From Candidatus Melainabacteria bacterium 17Bon1m (GTDB taxonomy: Bacteria > Cyanobacteriota > Vampirovibrionia > Obscuribacterales > Obscuribacteraceae): a stretch of DNA of 64,000 nucleotides. Positions 27,939 to 37,341 of this stretch are shown one piece after another. The translations under genes and the position numbers were made by a program. Where the stretch lies: the NCBI GenBank assembly GCA_032128875.1, contig JAVLKG010000005.1, positions 384,001-448,000 of the forward strand. The letters run 5' to 3'. The notes beneath the pieces were generated by a model, which saw nothing but the letters and a program-made list of their open reading frames with translations, was not told the origin of the DNA and made no database searches. Every line of letters begins with the position of its first letter. Position 1 is the stretch's first letter.

Positions 27939-29012
27939 CTAAACTACTTCGACTTTACTGTCGTCGCCGAGCATCAGGCGGAACGCTACAGGCTTGCTCT
28001 GACTACGAGTAAGTTCAACATTTACTCCAATTAAGCTGTCTTCAATGCGGCCATTGAAGTCCAGAATTTGGCATTTCTCGCGCAAGATCGAATGCTCGAT
28101 TTCTGCATGCGAAACTCGGGCCCCGTCGCCGATTGAAGTAAACGGTCCAACATAGCTGTTTTCCAAAACGCAATCGTCCCCAATTACCGCCGGACCTCTG
28201 ACTGTGCAGTTCTTCAAAATACTGCCTTTGCCTACGTGGACGCGTCCTGAAAGGCGCGACTGTTCGTCGAGATCGCCCAGCATGGATACATCTGTCATCT
28301 CGTCTAGCACGACCCGATTGGCTTCGAGCATATCGTCTTTCTTCCCTGTATCGAGCCACCAGCTGGTCAATACATGGCTGTCGACGTGTTCATTCTTGGT
28401 GATCATGCGCTGGATTGCATCGGTAATTTCCAGCTCGCCGCGCTTCGACGGTTTGATTTCGTCAATGGCATCGTGAATTTTCGAGGTGAAGAGATAAACG
28501 CCAACCAGCGCCAGGTTTGACTTAGGTTTTGCCGGTTTTTCTTCGAGGCAGAGTATGCGCCCGTTGCCGTTCAATTCGGCAACGCCGAAAGAGGTGGGGT
28601 TTGGCACTTCTTTGAGCAAAATTTGCGCATCGGGCTTGTTCTTCTTAAAACGCTCAACAAGCGGTGCTACGCCGTCTTTGATCAAGTTGTCACCGAGATA
28701 CATGACGAAAGTATCGTCTTTCAAATAGTCTCGGGCAGTTTTCACCGCATGTGCCAGACCCAGAGGCTGGTCTTGCAGGATATATTTGATTTCGATGTTC
28801 CAGCGCTCGCCGTCCCCGACGCACTGGCGGACTTCTTCACCGGTCTCTGGGCTGATGATGATACCGATCGATTTAATACCGGCTTCTATCAGCGCTTCAA
28901 CCGCATAGAAGAGAATCGGCTTGTTCGCCACAGGCAATAGCTGTTTTGCTGCCGTGTGGGTGATAGGCCGCATACGCGTGCCTTTTCCGCCGCTGAGAAT
29001 AAGTCCTTTCAT
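27939..29012 (-). CDS. rmlA: Glucose-1-phosphate thymidylyltransferase, long form with C-terminal beta-helix
   Basis: LSGGKGTRMRP.T...AKQLLPVANKP, PLGLAHAV, YLGDN, EEKP, RGELEITDAI, WWLDTG. Confidence 0.93.
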   Translation of the reverse strand: MKGLILSGGKGTRMRPITHTAAKQLLPVANKPILFYAVEALIEAGIKSIGIIISPETGEEVRQCVGDGERWNIEIKYILQDQPLGLAHAVKTARDYLKDDTFVMYLGDNLIKDGVAPLVERFKKNKPDAQILLKEVPNPTSFGVAELNGNGRILCLEEKPAKPKSNLALVGVYLFTSKIHDAIDEIKPSKRGELEITDAIQRMITKNEHVDSHVLTSWWLDTGKKDDMLEANRVVLDEMTDVSMLGDLDEQSRLSGRVHVGKGSILKNCTVRGPAVIGDDCVLENSYVGPFTSIGDGARVSHAEIEHSILREKCQILDFNGRIEDSLIGVNVELTRSQSKPVAFRLMLGDDSKVEVV

Positions 29013-29035
29013 CCAAATGCACCTATGTATTTACG

Positions 29036-29599
29036 TCAAAAAGCACCGCGTTTGCTAAACACAGCACCAAAAGTGGAGAACATGATTTTCCAGTCGAGCA
29101 AGTAAGTCCAATTGTCGCAATACCACTTATCAGCCTCGACTTTGACGTCGTCCGGCAATTCGTCACGACCGTTGATCTGAGCCCATCCCGTAATTCCGGG
29201 TGGAAACCGCAACACACCAGCCGCCTCACGTTTAGCGGTCAGTTCGGTCTGATTATACAGAGCGGGGCGCGGTCCAACGAGGCTCATTTCGCCCTTAAGC
29301 ACGTTAAACAATTGGGGCAGCTCGTCGATGCTGTACTTCCTTAGCCGCGCTCCGACCGCGGTTATAGGGCTGGGTAGTTTGAGCATCTCTTCCGTGGACA
29401 CATTTGGGGCACCTACATTCATGGTGCGAAATTTATAAATTTGAAAGAATTCGCCGTTTAAGCCGACTCTCTTCTGTTGAAATATGATCGGTCCTCTGGA
29501 GTCAAGCTTGATAGCTATGGCTGCCAAGACAAACAACCAAGCCAGCCCAGTGAGCGCTGCCAGTGAAATTACTATGTCTGTGAGTCGTTTCAAAAACAT
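29036..29599 (-). CDS. Priming phosphoglycosyltransferase (bacterial sugar transferase, WbaP/WcaJ C-terminal type)
   Basis: KRLTDI, IKLDSRGP, KFRTM, SIDELPQLFNVLKGEMSLVGPRP, PGITGWAQING. Confidence 0.93.
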   Translation of the reverse strand: MFLKRLTDIVISLAALTGLAWLFVLAAIAIKLDSRGPIIFQQKRVGLNGEFFQIYKFRTMNVGAPNVSTEEMLKLPSPITAVGARLRKYSIDELPQLFNVLKGEMSLVGPRPALYNQTELTAKREAAGVLRFPPGITGWAQINGRDELPDDVKVEADKWYCDNWTYLLDWKIMFSTFGAVFSKRGAF

Positions 29600-29691
29600 G
29601 AATGATTCGTATTCAATCAACAGCGTTATTTTACGGTACGCTTGGTGCCTGCAAGAAAACTGATCGAATTAGAATTTCAATCAAAACGTAA

Positions 29692-30573
29692 ATGGATCTC
29701 TCGGTAGTCATAGTTAGTTGGAACACCTGCGGACTGCTCCGCAAGTGTTTAACCACGTTGAAGGCAGAACTCGACAGTTTTGGAGATTCGCTCAAGTGGG
29801 AAGTTTTTCTCGTCGACAATAATTCTGCCGATGGCTCCGCTGACATGGCGCGTAGCGAGCACTCCTGGGTTAAGCTGACAGCCAATAACGATAACCTTGG
29901 ATTTGCCAAGGCGAACAATCAAGCATTCAGGCAATCTACAGGCAATCTTGTACTACTGCTCAATCCGGACACAGAAGTCCAGCCTGGGGCGATAAAGACA
30001 TTGCTCGAGTTCATGGATACGCACCCGAACGCAGCTATTGTTGCACCACAATTGCTGAACACCGATGGCAGCGTGCAAAGATCTTGCCGTGAGTTTCCCA
30101 CCTTCATTGGTATGGTTTATGAGCTGATCGGGCTCAGTAAGATGTTTCCCGACAACAAAACTTTCGGCAGATACAAAATGCTCGACTGGAATCATGACGA
30201 CGTTCGCAAAGTCGATCAACCAGAAGGTGCATGCCTACTAGTTCGGCGTCAGGTCATGGATAAAGTTGGTTTGCTCGATGAAGGCTTCTTTATGCTGTTT
30301 GAGGAAGTCGACTGGTGCTATCGCATTATCGAAGCCGGCTATGAGATTTGGTTTACGCCGGCTGCCAAAGTCATCCATCACTACGGCCAGTCCATAAAAC
30401 AAGTGAAAGTAAGGATGATTCTTTCATCACACCGAGGGCTTTACCGCTTTTGGCACAAGCATTATCAAAAAGGGCGTTGGTATCTCGCTCCCTTCGCGTA
30501 TGCTGGGTTGATGAGCCTGGCTTATGTCCGCATATTTGCCTATTCGCTAAAATCGAAGCTCTCGAAAGCCTGA
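29692..30573 (+). CDS. GT2 glycosyltransferase, WbbL-like rhamnosyltransferase
   Basis: LSVVIVSWN, VDNNSADGS, NLGFAKANN, LLLNPDT, GACLLVRR, DEGFFMLFEEVDWC. Confidence 0.88.
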   Translation: MDLSVVIVSWNTCGLLRKCLTTLKAELDSFGDSLKWEVFLVDNNSADGSADMARSEHSWVKLTANNDNLGFAKANNQAFRQSTGNLVLLLNPDTEVQPGAIKTLLEFMDTHPNAAIVAPQLLNTDGSVQRSCREFPTFIGMVYELIGLSKMFPDNKTFGRYKMLDWNHDDVRKVDQPEGACLLVRRQVMDKVGLLDEGFFMLFEEVDWCYRIIEAGYEIWFTPAAKVIHHYGQSIKQVKVRMILSSHRGLYRFWHKHYQKGRWYLAPFAYAGLMSLAYVRIFAYSLKSKLSKA

Positions 30574-30618
30574 AATCCACTCTGTCGAAAGCTTAGATCC
30601 AAACTGTCGAGAGCATAA
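30550..30618 (+). repeat. Three degenerate tandem copies (22-23 bp period) of the last 8 codons of the upstream GT
   Basis: AAATCGAAGCTCTCGAAAGCCTGA / AAATCCACTCTGTCGAAAGCTTAG / AGATCCAAACTGTCGAGAGCATAA = KSKLSKA* / KSTLSKA* / RSKLSRA*. Confidence 0.7.
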
Positions 30619-30714
30619 GATTCAAACGAGCGCCGCTCAGTAGCTGTTTAGTAACAAGTCCGGCATAACTTAGATGCATCCGGTACGCCGCTAACATTCT
30701 AAGGAGCTTGGCGA

Positions 30715-31371
30715 ATGTCTCTTTTTTTTGAGCATGATCACAATGCATCGCCTGTTCTCGACCAGCCGGGATTTCTATTCCCTGTAGAAGGGCGCCCTGA
30801 CTTGCTTGAGTCAGGCGAGAGTTCTATCCCGCCCGGTGAGACTCTTGTTGCATCAAGCACTTCTGTTGATCGGCTCTATGCCTATCTTGCCAGCGACTTC
30901 AATAAGTTTGACAGCAATCAAGATAAGAAGCTTGATGCCAAAGAATTTGAAGCTTCCCTTGCGACAACAACGAATAGTGATGAGTTGATGCTCTTGTCTT
31001 GGATGAGCAAGAACATTGATGGTTTGCAAAAACTGGGCGATCGCGACTCTGGCATTTCAATGGAAGATCTTGCCGGACTCAACACTGCAATCAATAAAGG
31101 TACGGGAGACTTGGGTCTTGCTTTTCGACACACCGACTGGGTCGCACGCGGAGGCAGCAGTGCGGTTGGTGGTCTTGGAGGAGCTTTTCTTGGCTCTAAG
31201 CTTACAAGCGCTGCGTTTTCTATGAAAAGTGCCGCTGGTTTTGGTGCTGCCGTGTTCGGCACTCTGTCTGCCATTGACGCGATCGGCTACTACATGTTTG
31301 ATAAACCGAAGCTAGACCAGGCGTTGAAGGAACTGAACGAGATTCCGGATCCGAGCGCGAATCGAAGCTAA
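30715..31371 (+). CDS. EF-hand plus glycine-zipper hypothetical protein
   Basis: AAGGAG RBS; EF loop DSNQDKKLDAKE; partial second loop DRDSGISMEDL; Gly/Ala-rich hydrophobic C-terminal segment. Confidence 0.7.
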   Translation: MSLFFEHDHNASPVLDQPGFLFPVEGRPDLLESGESSIPPGETLVASSTSVDRLYAYLASDFNKFDSNQDKKLDAKEFEASLATTTNSDELMLLSWMSKNIDGLQKLGDRDSGISMEDLAGLNTAINKGTGDLGLAFRHTDWVARGGSSAVGGLGGAFLGSKLTSAAFSMKSAAGFGAAVFGTLSAIDAIGYYMFDKPKLDQALKELNEIPDPSANRS

Positions 31372-31418
31372 TAGTTTTAAACAGTGCCTACGCGCTGAAA
31401 GCAAGTAACTGGGGAGAT

Positions 31419-31455
31419 AGCCAGCCGGTCGAAAGATCGGCTGGCTGCGTTTTTG
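31419..31455 (+). terminator. Rho-independent terminator
   Basis: Stem AGCCAGCCGGTC-GAAA-GATCGGCTGGCT followed by GCGTTTTTG. Confidence 0.8.
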
Positions 31456-31589
31456 CTCGCAACATTAATTGTGTGGGAGGAACTGTAACATCTAAATTAC
31501 CGTCGAATTATTTTGTATGATGTCCGTGAAGGCTGAATTGGAGCCGGTTTTAGAGCTAATTGTTGTCTAAGTTTAGAACGGTGATTGTG

Positions 31590-32459
31590 ATGGCAGATCC
31601 TTTGAAAATCGTATCCAGCAACGTCTCTGGAAATTTCTTCGTCGATACGACCTGTATAAATTGCGACACGTGCCGTCAACTTGCGCCTAAGACTTTTGTC
31701 GACGCCGGTGAGTATTCGTCTGTTTTTGATCAACCGAAAACCGATGAAGATGTACTCGCTGCTACCAGGGCTCTCTTATGTTGTCCGACCGGTTCGATTG
31801 GGACAAAGGAGAAGAACGACGCTAAAACCATTCGCTCCGAGTTTCCACTTTTGATTGAAGACAATGTGTATTACTCCGGATTCAATTCTCCGCGATCGTA
31901 TGGTGGCAACAGTTTCTTCATCAAGTCGCCAAGCGGTAATTGGCTCATCGATTCTCCAAAGTTTCTGCCTTTCCTTGCCGAGCAGATAGCAACCATGGGC
32001 GGTATCAAGTATATTTTTCTTACTCATCGTGATGATGTCGCTGATGCTCAAAAGTATGCAGAGTATTTTTCTGCCAGTCGCATTATTCATCGCGACGAAC
32101 TAAGTGCGCAGCCTGGCGCCGAGATAGTCATAGACGGTTATGATGCGCAGAATTTCGAAACTGATTTCACCGTAATTCCGGTGCCCGGTCACACCAAAGG
32201 TCATATGGTGCTTCTCTACAGAAACAAGTTTTTGTTTACCGGAGATCACCTTGCTTATAATCCTGAAGATAGGCACCTTTACGCGTTTTCCGATTACTGC
32301 TGGTATTCGTGGACAGAGCAGACGAAGTCTATGAAGAGGCTAAGCGAATATGATTTCGAGTGGGTGCTTGCTGGTCACGGAGATCGAGGAAAACTTCCGA
32401 CCACTGAAATGAAAAAGCAAATGGCACAGCTTGTGAAATCTATGGAGAAATCACATTAG
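31590..32459 (+). CDS. Ferredoxin-fused metallo-beta-lactamase-fold hydrolase
   Basis: CINCDTC...CPTGSI Fe-S motif; LTHRDDVAD, PGHTKGH, LFTGDH, LAGHG. Confidence 0.88.
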   Translation: MADPLKIVSSNVSGNFFVDTTCINCDTCRQLAPKTFVDAGEYSSVFDQPKTDEDVLAATRALLCCPTGSIGTKEKNDAKTIRSEFPLLIEDNVYYSGFNSPRSYGGNSFFIKSPSGNWLIDSPKFLPFLAEQIATMGGIKYIFLTHRDDVADAQKYAEYFSASRIIHRDELSAQPGAEIVIDGYDAQNFETDFTVIPVPGHTKGHMVLLYRNKFLFTGDHLAYNPEDRHLYAFSDYCWYSWTEQTKSMKRLSEYDFEWVLAGHGDRGKLPTTEMKKQMAQLVKSMEKSH

Positions 32460-32590
32460 TTTCTTGATCGCAAGGAAAAACAGCAACTGTGCGGCGCCTT
32501 CAGGTTTAATCTCGGAATTTGAACCTTTTGTCCGTTCGCGACGTATTAGCAATTAGGACTTACAAATTTGCTTTACGGAGGGACCGAACA

Positions 32591-32692
32591 ATGGATTCTC
32601 TGCTGCCTGTTTTCGCCGTTGTATCTTCAGTACTTGCTCTTGTGTTTTATACCGCGTTGTTTATAACCGGGTTACTGGACAATGAATTCTAG
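32591..32692 (+). CDS. Unannotated 33-aa single-TM small protein
   Basis: GGAGG 9 nt before ATG; MDSLLPVFAVVSSVLALVFYTALFITGLLDNEF*; below the ORF-track length cutoff. Confidence 0.6.
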   Translation: MDSLLPVFAVVSSVLALVFYTALFITGLLDNEF

Positions 32693-32799
32693 TTTGTTCT
32701 CATACTTATTATCTTTTGAGATCTTATTAAAGATGATCCACATCAGGTAGTTGACAATGTTCTTAAAGAAACACGGCTGGGGATGCTCTTGTCAAGAAG

Positions 32800-33774
32800 A
32801 TGAAGGCTTGCGTCGTTATACCGACCAAGAACGGCGGCTCACTTTTCGAGAAGGTTTTGAAAGAGACTCTATCGCAAGTGACCGGCTTTGCCTTTGAAGT
32901 TTTGGTCGTCGATTCCGGTTCAACGGATCAGACGATTTCAGTCGTTAAGCGCTCGAAAGCAAGATTGCTTTCTGTCAAACCCGAAGAATTCCAGCACGGC
33001 GCCACGCGCAACTTTGCTGTTTCTCAAACAGAAGCTGAGTTCGTAGCTTTTCTCACGCACGATGCGCTGCCTGCCAGCAAATTGTGGTTGCGCAACTTGA
33101 TTTTGAAAATGGAGTCCGACATGAGTGTTGCCGGAGCGTTCGGCAGACACCGTGCATATCCTGATTGTGATCCCTTCACAGCAGACGAACTCGAGCGACA
33201 TTTCGATCATTTGAATTCTCTTGAGCCTCTCCAAAAAATTGAAGACAAAGAGCGCTATTCAAGCGACATTGGCTATCGTCAGCTGCTTCATTTTTTTTCG
33301 AACAACAATAGTTGTTTACGTCGCTCGGTTTGGGAGAAGATCCCATTTCCATCCGTCAATTTTGCCGAAGATCAAGCCTGGGCGCAGAAAATAGTTGAAG
33401 CTGGCTATGCCAAAATTTATGCTGATGATGCAGTAGTTTTTCACTCTCACTCTTTCAACACAGTGGAAACATTTCGACGAGCGTTCGATGAATCGAAAGC
33501 AATGAAGGAGCTTTTCGATTACAAGTTAGTTCCGTCGCGCTCGTGCATTTTGAAGAACAGCTTGCATCAGCTGCGCATGGATAAGCGTTTGGTCGTTAGT
33601 CGCAAGCTCATAAGAAGCGCTCCAGTGTGCGTACTAAAGAGACCAATCAGAGTTCTGGCAAAACAACTGGGCAGCTTCGCCGGGCAGCGAGCCAGTTCTT
33701 TAGGCGAAGCGCAGCACCTTCTTTCGCTCGACCAATCGAAGAAAAGAAGCAAGCACAAAGCATCCGTGGATTAG
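32800..33774 (+). CDS. GT2 glycosyltransferase (RfbN-like rhamnosyltransferase)
   Basis: VVIPTKNG, VDSGSTDQT, FQHGATRN, FLTHDALP, FFSNNNSCLRRSVW, FAEDQ, VFHSH. Confidence 0.85.
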   Translation: MKACVVIPTKNGGSLFEKVLKETLSQVTGFAFEVLVVDSGSTDQTISVVKRSKARLLSVKPEEFQHGATRNFAVSQTEAEFVAFLTHDALPASKLWLRNLILKMESDMSVAGAFGRHRAYPDCDPFTADELERHFDHLNSLEPLQKIEDKERYSSDIGYRQLLHFFSNNNSCLRRSVWEKIPFPSVNFAEDQAWAQKIVEAGYAKIYADDAVVFHSHSFNTVETFRRAFDESKAMKELFDYKLVPSRSCILKNSLHQLRMDKRLVVSRKLIRSAPVCVLKRPIRVLAKQLGSFAGQRASSLGEAQHLLSLDQSKKRSKHKASVD

Positions 33775-33790
33775 GCAGAGGCTGAAGAGA

Positions 33791-35023
33791 GTGGGCAAGT
33801 TAAAAACCTTCAGCCAACGCGTTCTGCGCCGACTGCGCAGAGAATTTCTCGGCGAGCAAACATCACCGTCTTGTGTGGTGGAAGACGTCTTTGCATATGT
33901 TACCGAGATTCCTTTTGGGCAATCTGTAACCATCGAAGAGGTGGCGGATAACACCATCAACTGGATAATGCCCGACTTTGGAATTGGAAGCGGCGGTCAT
34001 CTGAACATCTTTCGAATGATTTCGCGCTTGCAGAAATTGGGTTTTGAAAGTCGCATTATCATTCCCGAACTGGTTTGGTCGAAAACGGCGAAAGATGCCG
34101 AAGAGCGAATCAATCAACACTTCCTTCGGCTGGATGCTCCAGTATATGTGGGACGTGAAGATATTCCTTCTGCCTGCTTCTCGTTTGCGACTGCATGGAC
34201 AACTGCGTACTATCTGCGCGATTTTCAATCGACCGTGCACAAGTGTTATTTTGTTCAAGATTTTGAACCGTATTTCTATGCTCGCAGCACCGAGTCTGCG
34301 CTCTCCGAAGAGACCTATCGGTTTGGGTTTAAAGGTTTTGCCGCCGGCGATTGGCTAGCTTCCAAGTTGGTCCGCGACTACGGCATGGACGTAGAAGCCT
34401 TTCGTTTTTCCTATGATAAAGACCGGTATTGCGCGCCTTTAGAGCGCCGCTTGCAAACAAATAAGATCCTTTTCTATTCTCGTCCTCCTACCCCCCGGAG
34501 AGGTTTTGAGCTGGGCTATTTGGCCTTGAAGCAGTTGATTGCGCTCAAGCCGGAGCTGCAAATTTTGTTGGCGGGCTGGGATATTTCCAACTATCGTCTG
34601 CCTAAAGGCATGAAAAATTTGGGCATTGTGCCGCTCAAAGACTTGCGCGAACTGTATCAGGAGTGTGATGCGGCATTAGTCCTCTCTTTTACGAATTTGT
34701 CCCTCGTCCCGCTCGAGCTGATGGCTTGCGGTTGCCCAGTCATCAGCAATCGAGGCGCCAATGTTGAATGGATGCTCAACGATGAAATCGTTACTCTTGC
34801 AGAACCCACTGTTCATGGGCTTGTAACCGCTCTTCTAAAAGTGATTGAAGACCATCAAGGTGCTGAAGCAAAAGCGGAAGAGGCCTTGAAATATGTCCAA
34901 TCGACTGATTGGGACACGGAAACCTTAAAGTTGGCTACTTCTCTCAGAATGATGAACGAGAGAGAAAGGCAATCGGTATGCCGTGAGGAGAAGAGCGATG
35001 CGCAGCTCCAATCTCGAATATAA
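33791..35023 (+). CDS. GT-B glycosyltransferase, WsaF-like rhamnosyltransferase
   Basis: GSGGHLNIFR, FATAWTTAY, YFVQDFEPYFY, FYSRPPTPRRGFELG, SLVPLELMACG. Confidence 0.8.
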   Translation: MGKLKTFSQRVLRRLRREFLGEQTSPSCVVEDVFAYVTEIPFGQSVTIEEVADNTINWIMPDFGIGSGGHLNIFRMISRLQKLGFESRIIIPELVWSKTAKDAEERINQHFLRLDAPVYVGREDIPSACFSFATAWTTAYYLRDFQSTVHKCYFVQDFEPYFYARSTESALSEETYRFGFKGFAAGDWLASKLVRDYGMDVEAFRFSYDKDRYCAPLERRLQTNKILFYSRPPTPRRGFELGYLALKQLIALKPELQILLAGWDISNYRLPKGMKNLGIVPLKDLRELYQECDAALVLSFTNLSLVPLELMACGCPVISNRGANVEWMLNDEIVTLAEPTVHGLVTALLKVIEDHQGAEAKAEEALKYVQSTDWDTETLKLATSLRMMNERERQSVCREEKSDAQLQSRI

Positions 35024-37328
35024 CGAAAAACTAGACCATTTGCGCTTTGCGGCATTCTTGCTGGTTTTGGTTTTCCATACATATCACCCGGTCTATTCTT
35101 GGCTCACAAATGCTGTTGGAACTTACGCGTATACGAGACCGGTGGATCTTCTTTCAATATTTGTCGTTGATGGTCACACGGGCGTAGCGCTATTTCTTAC
35201 CTTGAGTGGCTTTTTGTTTGCGCGCATTTGCAGCAGAACTCAAGGTTCATACTTTAGCGTGAGGAACTTCTACCTCAATCGCTTTCTTAGAATTTATCCA
35301 CTCTTCATTTTGATTTTGCTTATGGCCATCTTCTGGGGCGGCGCCCCTAACCCGTGGCCTTCATTATTGAGGTCTCTCCTAACCCTGCAAAATACTCCGG
35401 AAGCCGTTCATATCGACCAGCTAAATCATTTGTGGACTCTTGCCTGCGAATTGCAGTTCTATTTGGTTTTTCCAATTCTGCTGTGGTTGTATCGCTGCAA
35501 TCATGGTTTTACTTTGCTCATACTGTTTATGGGTATCGACGTTTTTGCCTTGGCGGTCAATTATCTGCAAGCTGGTGACACCCTCAGTCCGGCATATAGC
35601 ACTATCCTCGGGCGAATCAATCAATGTATCGTAGGCATGATGCTTGGGTTCACTCTTGAGAAATTTGAGCACCGACTGCGCAGTCCTTTGTTTTTACTTC
35701 TCTCTATCGGCATTCTCAGTGCATTACTGTTTGTCTTGCACAGCTGCGGCGGTACTGTTCTGGGTGGAACAAGCCCTATTTGGATTGTCTATCCAACATT
35801 AGAAGGACTGGCTTGGGCGGCTGTAATTGCTTCGTATGTGAGTTGTGATTTTCAATTGCCTCGTCCTCTGTCTCGCCTGTGTGCTGAGGGCGGTGCCTTG
35901 AGTTATTCATTGTATGTGTGGCACTTTTACTTTTGTTTGTTGATGATCCGCACTGTTTTACCGCTTTTGACAGATAAACAGCATAAGTTCGCGTGGCTTC
36001 TGGCAATGCAAGATTGGCTGATTGCACATCCTTTCTTGTCTGCCGTTGTTTTTGCCTTGTTTGTAGTTTTTCCTCCTACTTTGCTGGTTTCCATATTTAC
36101 CTACAAGTATGTTGAAGTTCCATTCTTCAACTTGCGACGAAGGTACATCTTCGAAAGTAGGGCAGAACAAGCGGATTCATGCGACCCAGCGTACGATTTT
36201 AAGAAGGCACTTCAGAATATCAATTTACAGATAAGTAAATTTGCCAAAGTGAGTGCGGTAGCCGCTGCTTCGATGGTTGTGCTTCTTGTTGGCTGCGAAC
36301 TTGCCTGCATTGCTTACGGAGTGCCGAAGAACGCGTTTCTTCAACCGGACGAGCAGCTCGGCACGGTGAGAATTCCGGGTCGGAAGCTTGAATGGACATT
36401 TGAAGGGTACTCTGCAGATGTACTGTCATCTGTCGGATTGCGTGACGTTGAGCATGCGAAAGAAAAGCCTCCTGGCGCAAAGCGCATAATGCTTATTGGC
36501 GATTCAATTGTTGAAGCTGTGCAGGTGCCTCTCGCGAATACTGCAGCGCGATTGTTTCAGCAAAAGCTCTACGGAGATGGATACGAAAATGTAGAAGTCA
36601 TAAACGCCGCGCATATGAACCATTCGCTCGGGCAGACAGTTTCTTACTACGACAGGCTCGCGCGTACATTCAAGCCTGATGAAGTCTATTTGGTGTTGGA
36701 CTCTTTCAATGGTGACATTAATCAGCGTGCCGCATCTGATTTTTCAGTTGAAGCGCGTCCATACTTCTACGTGACTAACAACTTTTTGCACGAGGACTCG
36801 ACACTTCTACCGTCTAAATTCGAGTGTCAAACATGGCGCCTATTGTTGCAGCATAGCCGCCTTGCAAATTGGCTAGTCAATCAAGATTTGCGGCTGAAGC
36901 TTGAGAATCACTGCTATCAGGTATTTGCCCGCGAGCTGTCAGTAGCGACGAGAAGTATCTCTGCTCGAAAAATTGAGTATCCTGCTCCCGATCGGCGCGA
37001 AGTCCGAAATGCTCTTCTCAGTTTTCTCAACAGAGTAGTAAATTCTCAAGGAGCAAAGCTGACCGTTTTCACGAAGTTCTATCCTACGCCGGACCTGACT
37101 CGCAGAGATTTCGAAGAGATATCTGACTTAAGTAAGCGTGAGCGTTTCAGTTTGGTTTCGCTGGATGAAGCCCTGATTAAGTCCGGTCCTGCTTGCTATG
37201 GCAAAGCGCATTTGACTGCACGCGGACAAGCGGTAATGTCCGAGAAGATGTACGAGACTTTCACAACTCGCGATACTGCAATTGCGAAGCTTAACTCTCG
37301 AAAAAATTTCCGAGATGTGTCAATGTAA
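34998..37328 (+). CDS. Acyltransferase-3 membrane domain fused to SGNH domain (OafA-like O-acyltransferase)
   Basis: LDHLR, H in TM1, GVALFLTLSGF, FYLNRFLRIYP, HLWTLACELQFYL, SYSLYVWH, YKYVEVP; then TM and LIGDS SGNH domain. GAGGAG before ATG 34998. Confidence 0.88.
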   Translation: MRSSNLEYNEKLDHLRFAAFLLVLVFHTYHPVYSWLTNAVGTYAYTRPVDLLSIFVVDGHTGVALFLTLSGFLFARICSRTQGSYFSVRNFYLNRFLRIYPLFILILLMAIFWGGAPNPWPSLLRSLLTLQNTPEAVHIDQLNHLWTLACELQFYLVFPILLWLYRCNHGFTLLILFMGIDVFALAVNYLQAGDTLSPAYSTILGRINQCIVGMMLGFTLEKFEHRLRSPLFLLLSIGILSALLFVLHSCGGTVLGGTSPIWIVYPTLEGLAWAAVIASYVSCDFQLPRPLSRLCAEGGALSYSLYVWHFYFCLLMIRTVLPLLTDKQHKFAWLLAMQDWLIAHPFLSAVVFALFVVFPPTLLVSIFTYKYVEVPFFNLRRRYIFESRAEQADSCDPAYDFKKALQNINLQISKFAKVSAVAAASMVVLLVGCELACIAYGVPKNAFLQPDEQLGTVRIPGRKLEWTFEGYSADVLSSVGLRDVEHAKEKPPGAKRIMLIGDSIVEAVQVPLANTAARLFQQKLYGDGYENVEVINAAHMNHSLGQTVSYYDRLARTFKPDEVYLVLDSFNGDINQRAASDFSVEARPYFYVTNNFLHEDSTLLPSKFECQTWRLLLQHSRLANWLVNQDLRLKLENHCYQVFARELSVATRSISARKIEYPAPDRREVRNALLSFLNRVVNSQGAKLTVFTKFYPTPDLTRRDFEEISDLSKRERFSLVSLDEALIKSGPACYGKAHLTARGQAVMSEKMYETFTTRDTAIAKLNSRKNFRDVSM

Positions 37329-37341
37329 GGATCAAGAACAG

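Noticed and set aside
30550-30630. CRISPR-like array
   Set aside because: Units are adjacent and degenerate with no spacers, and no cas genes are present; kept only as a tandem repeat.
31381-31455. c-di-GMP riboswitch (two GAAA-containing loops) upstream of the MBL gene
   Set aside because: It lacks class I or II consensus and is fully explained as the terminator of the upstream gene.
31590-32459. Beta-lactamase resistance or defence nuclease
   Set aside because: THRDD variant with a ferredoxin fusion fits a widespread uncharacterised MBL family; no resistance or defence context.
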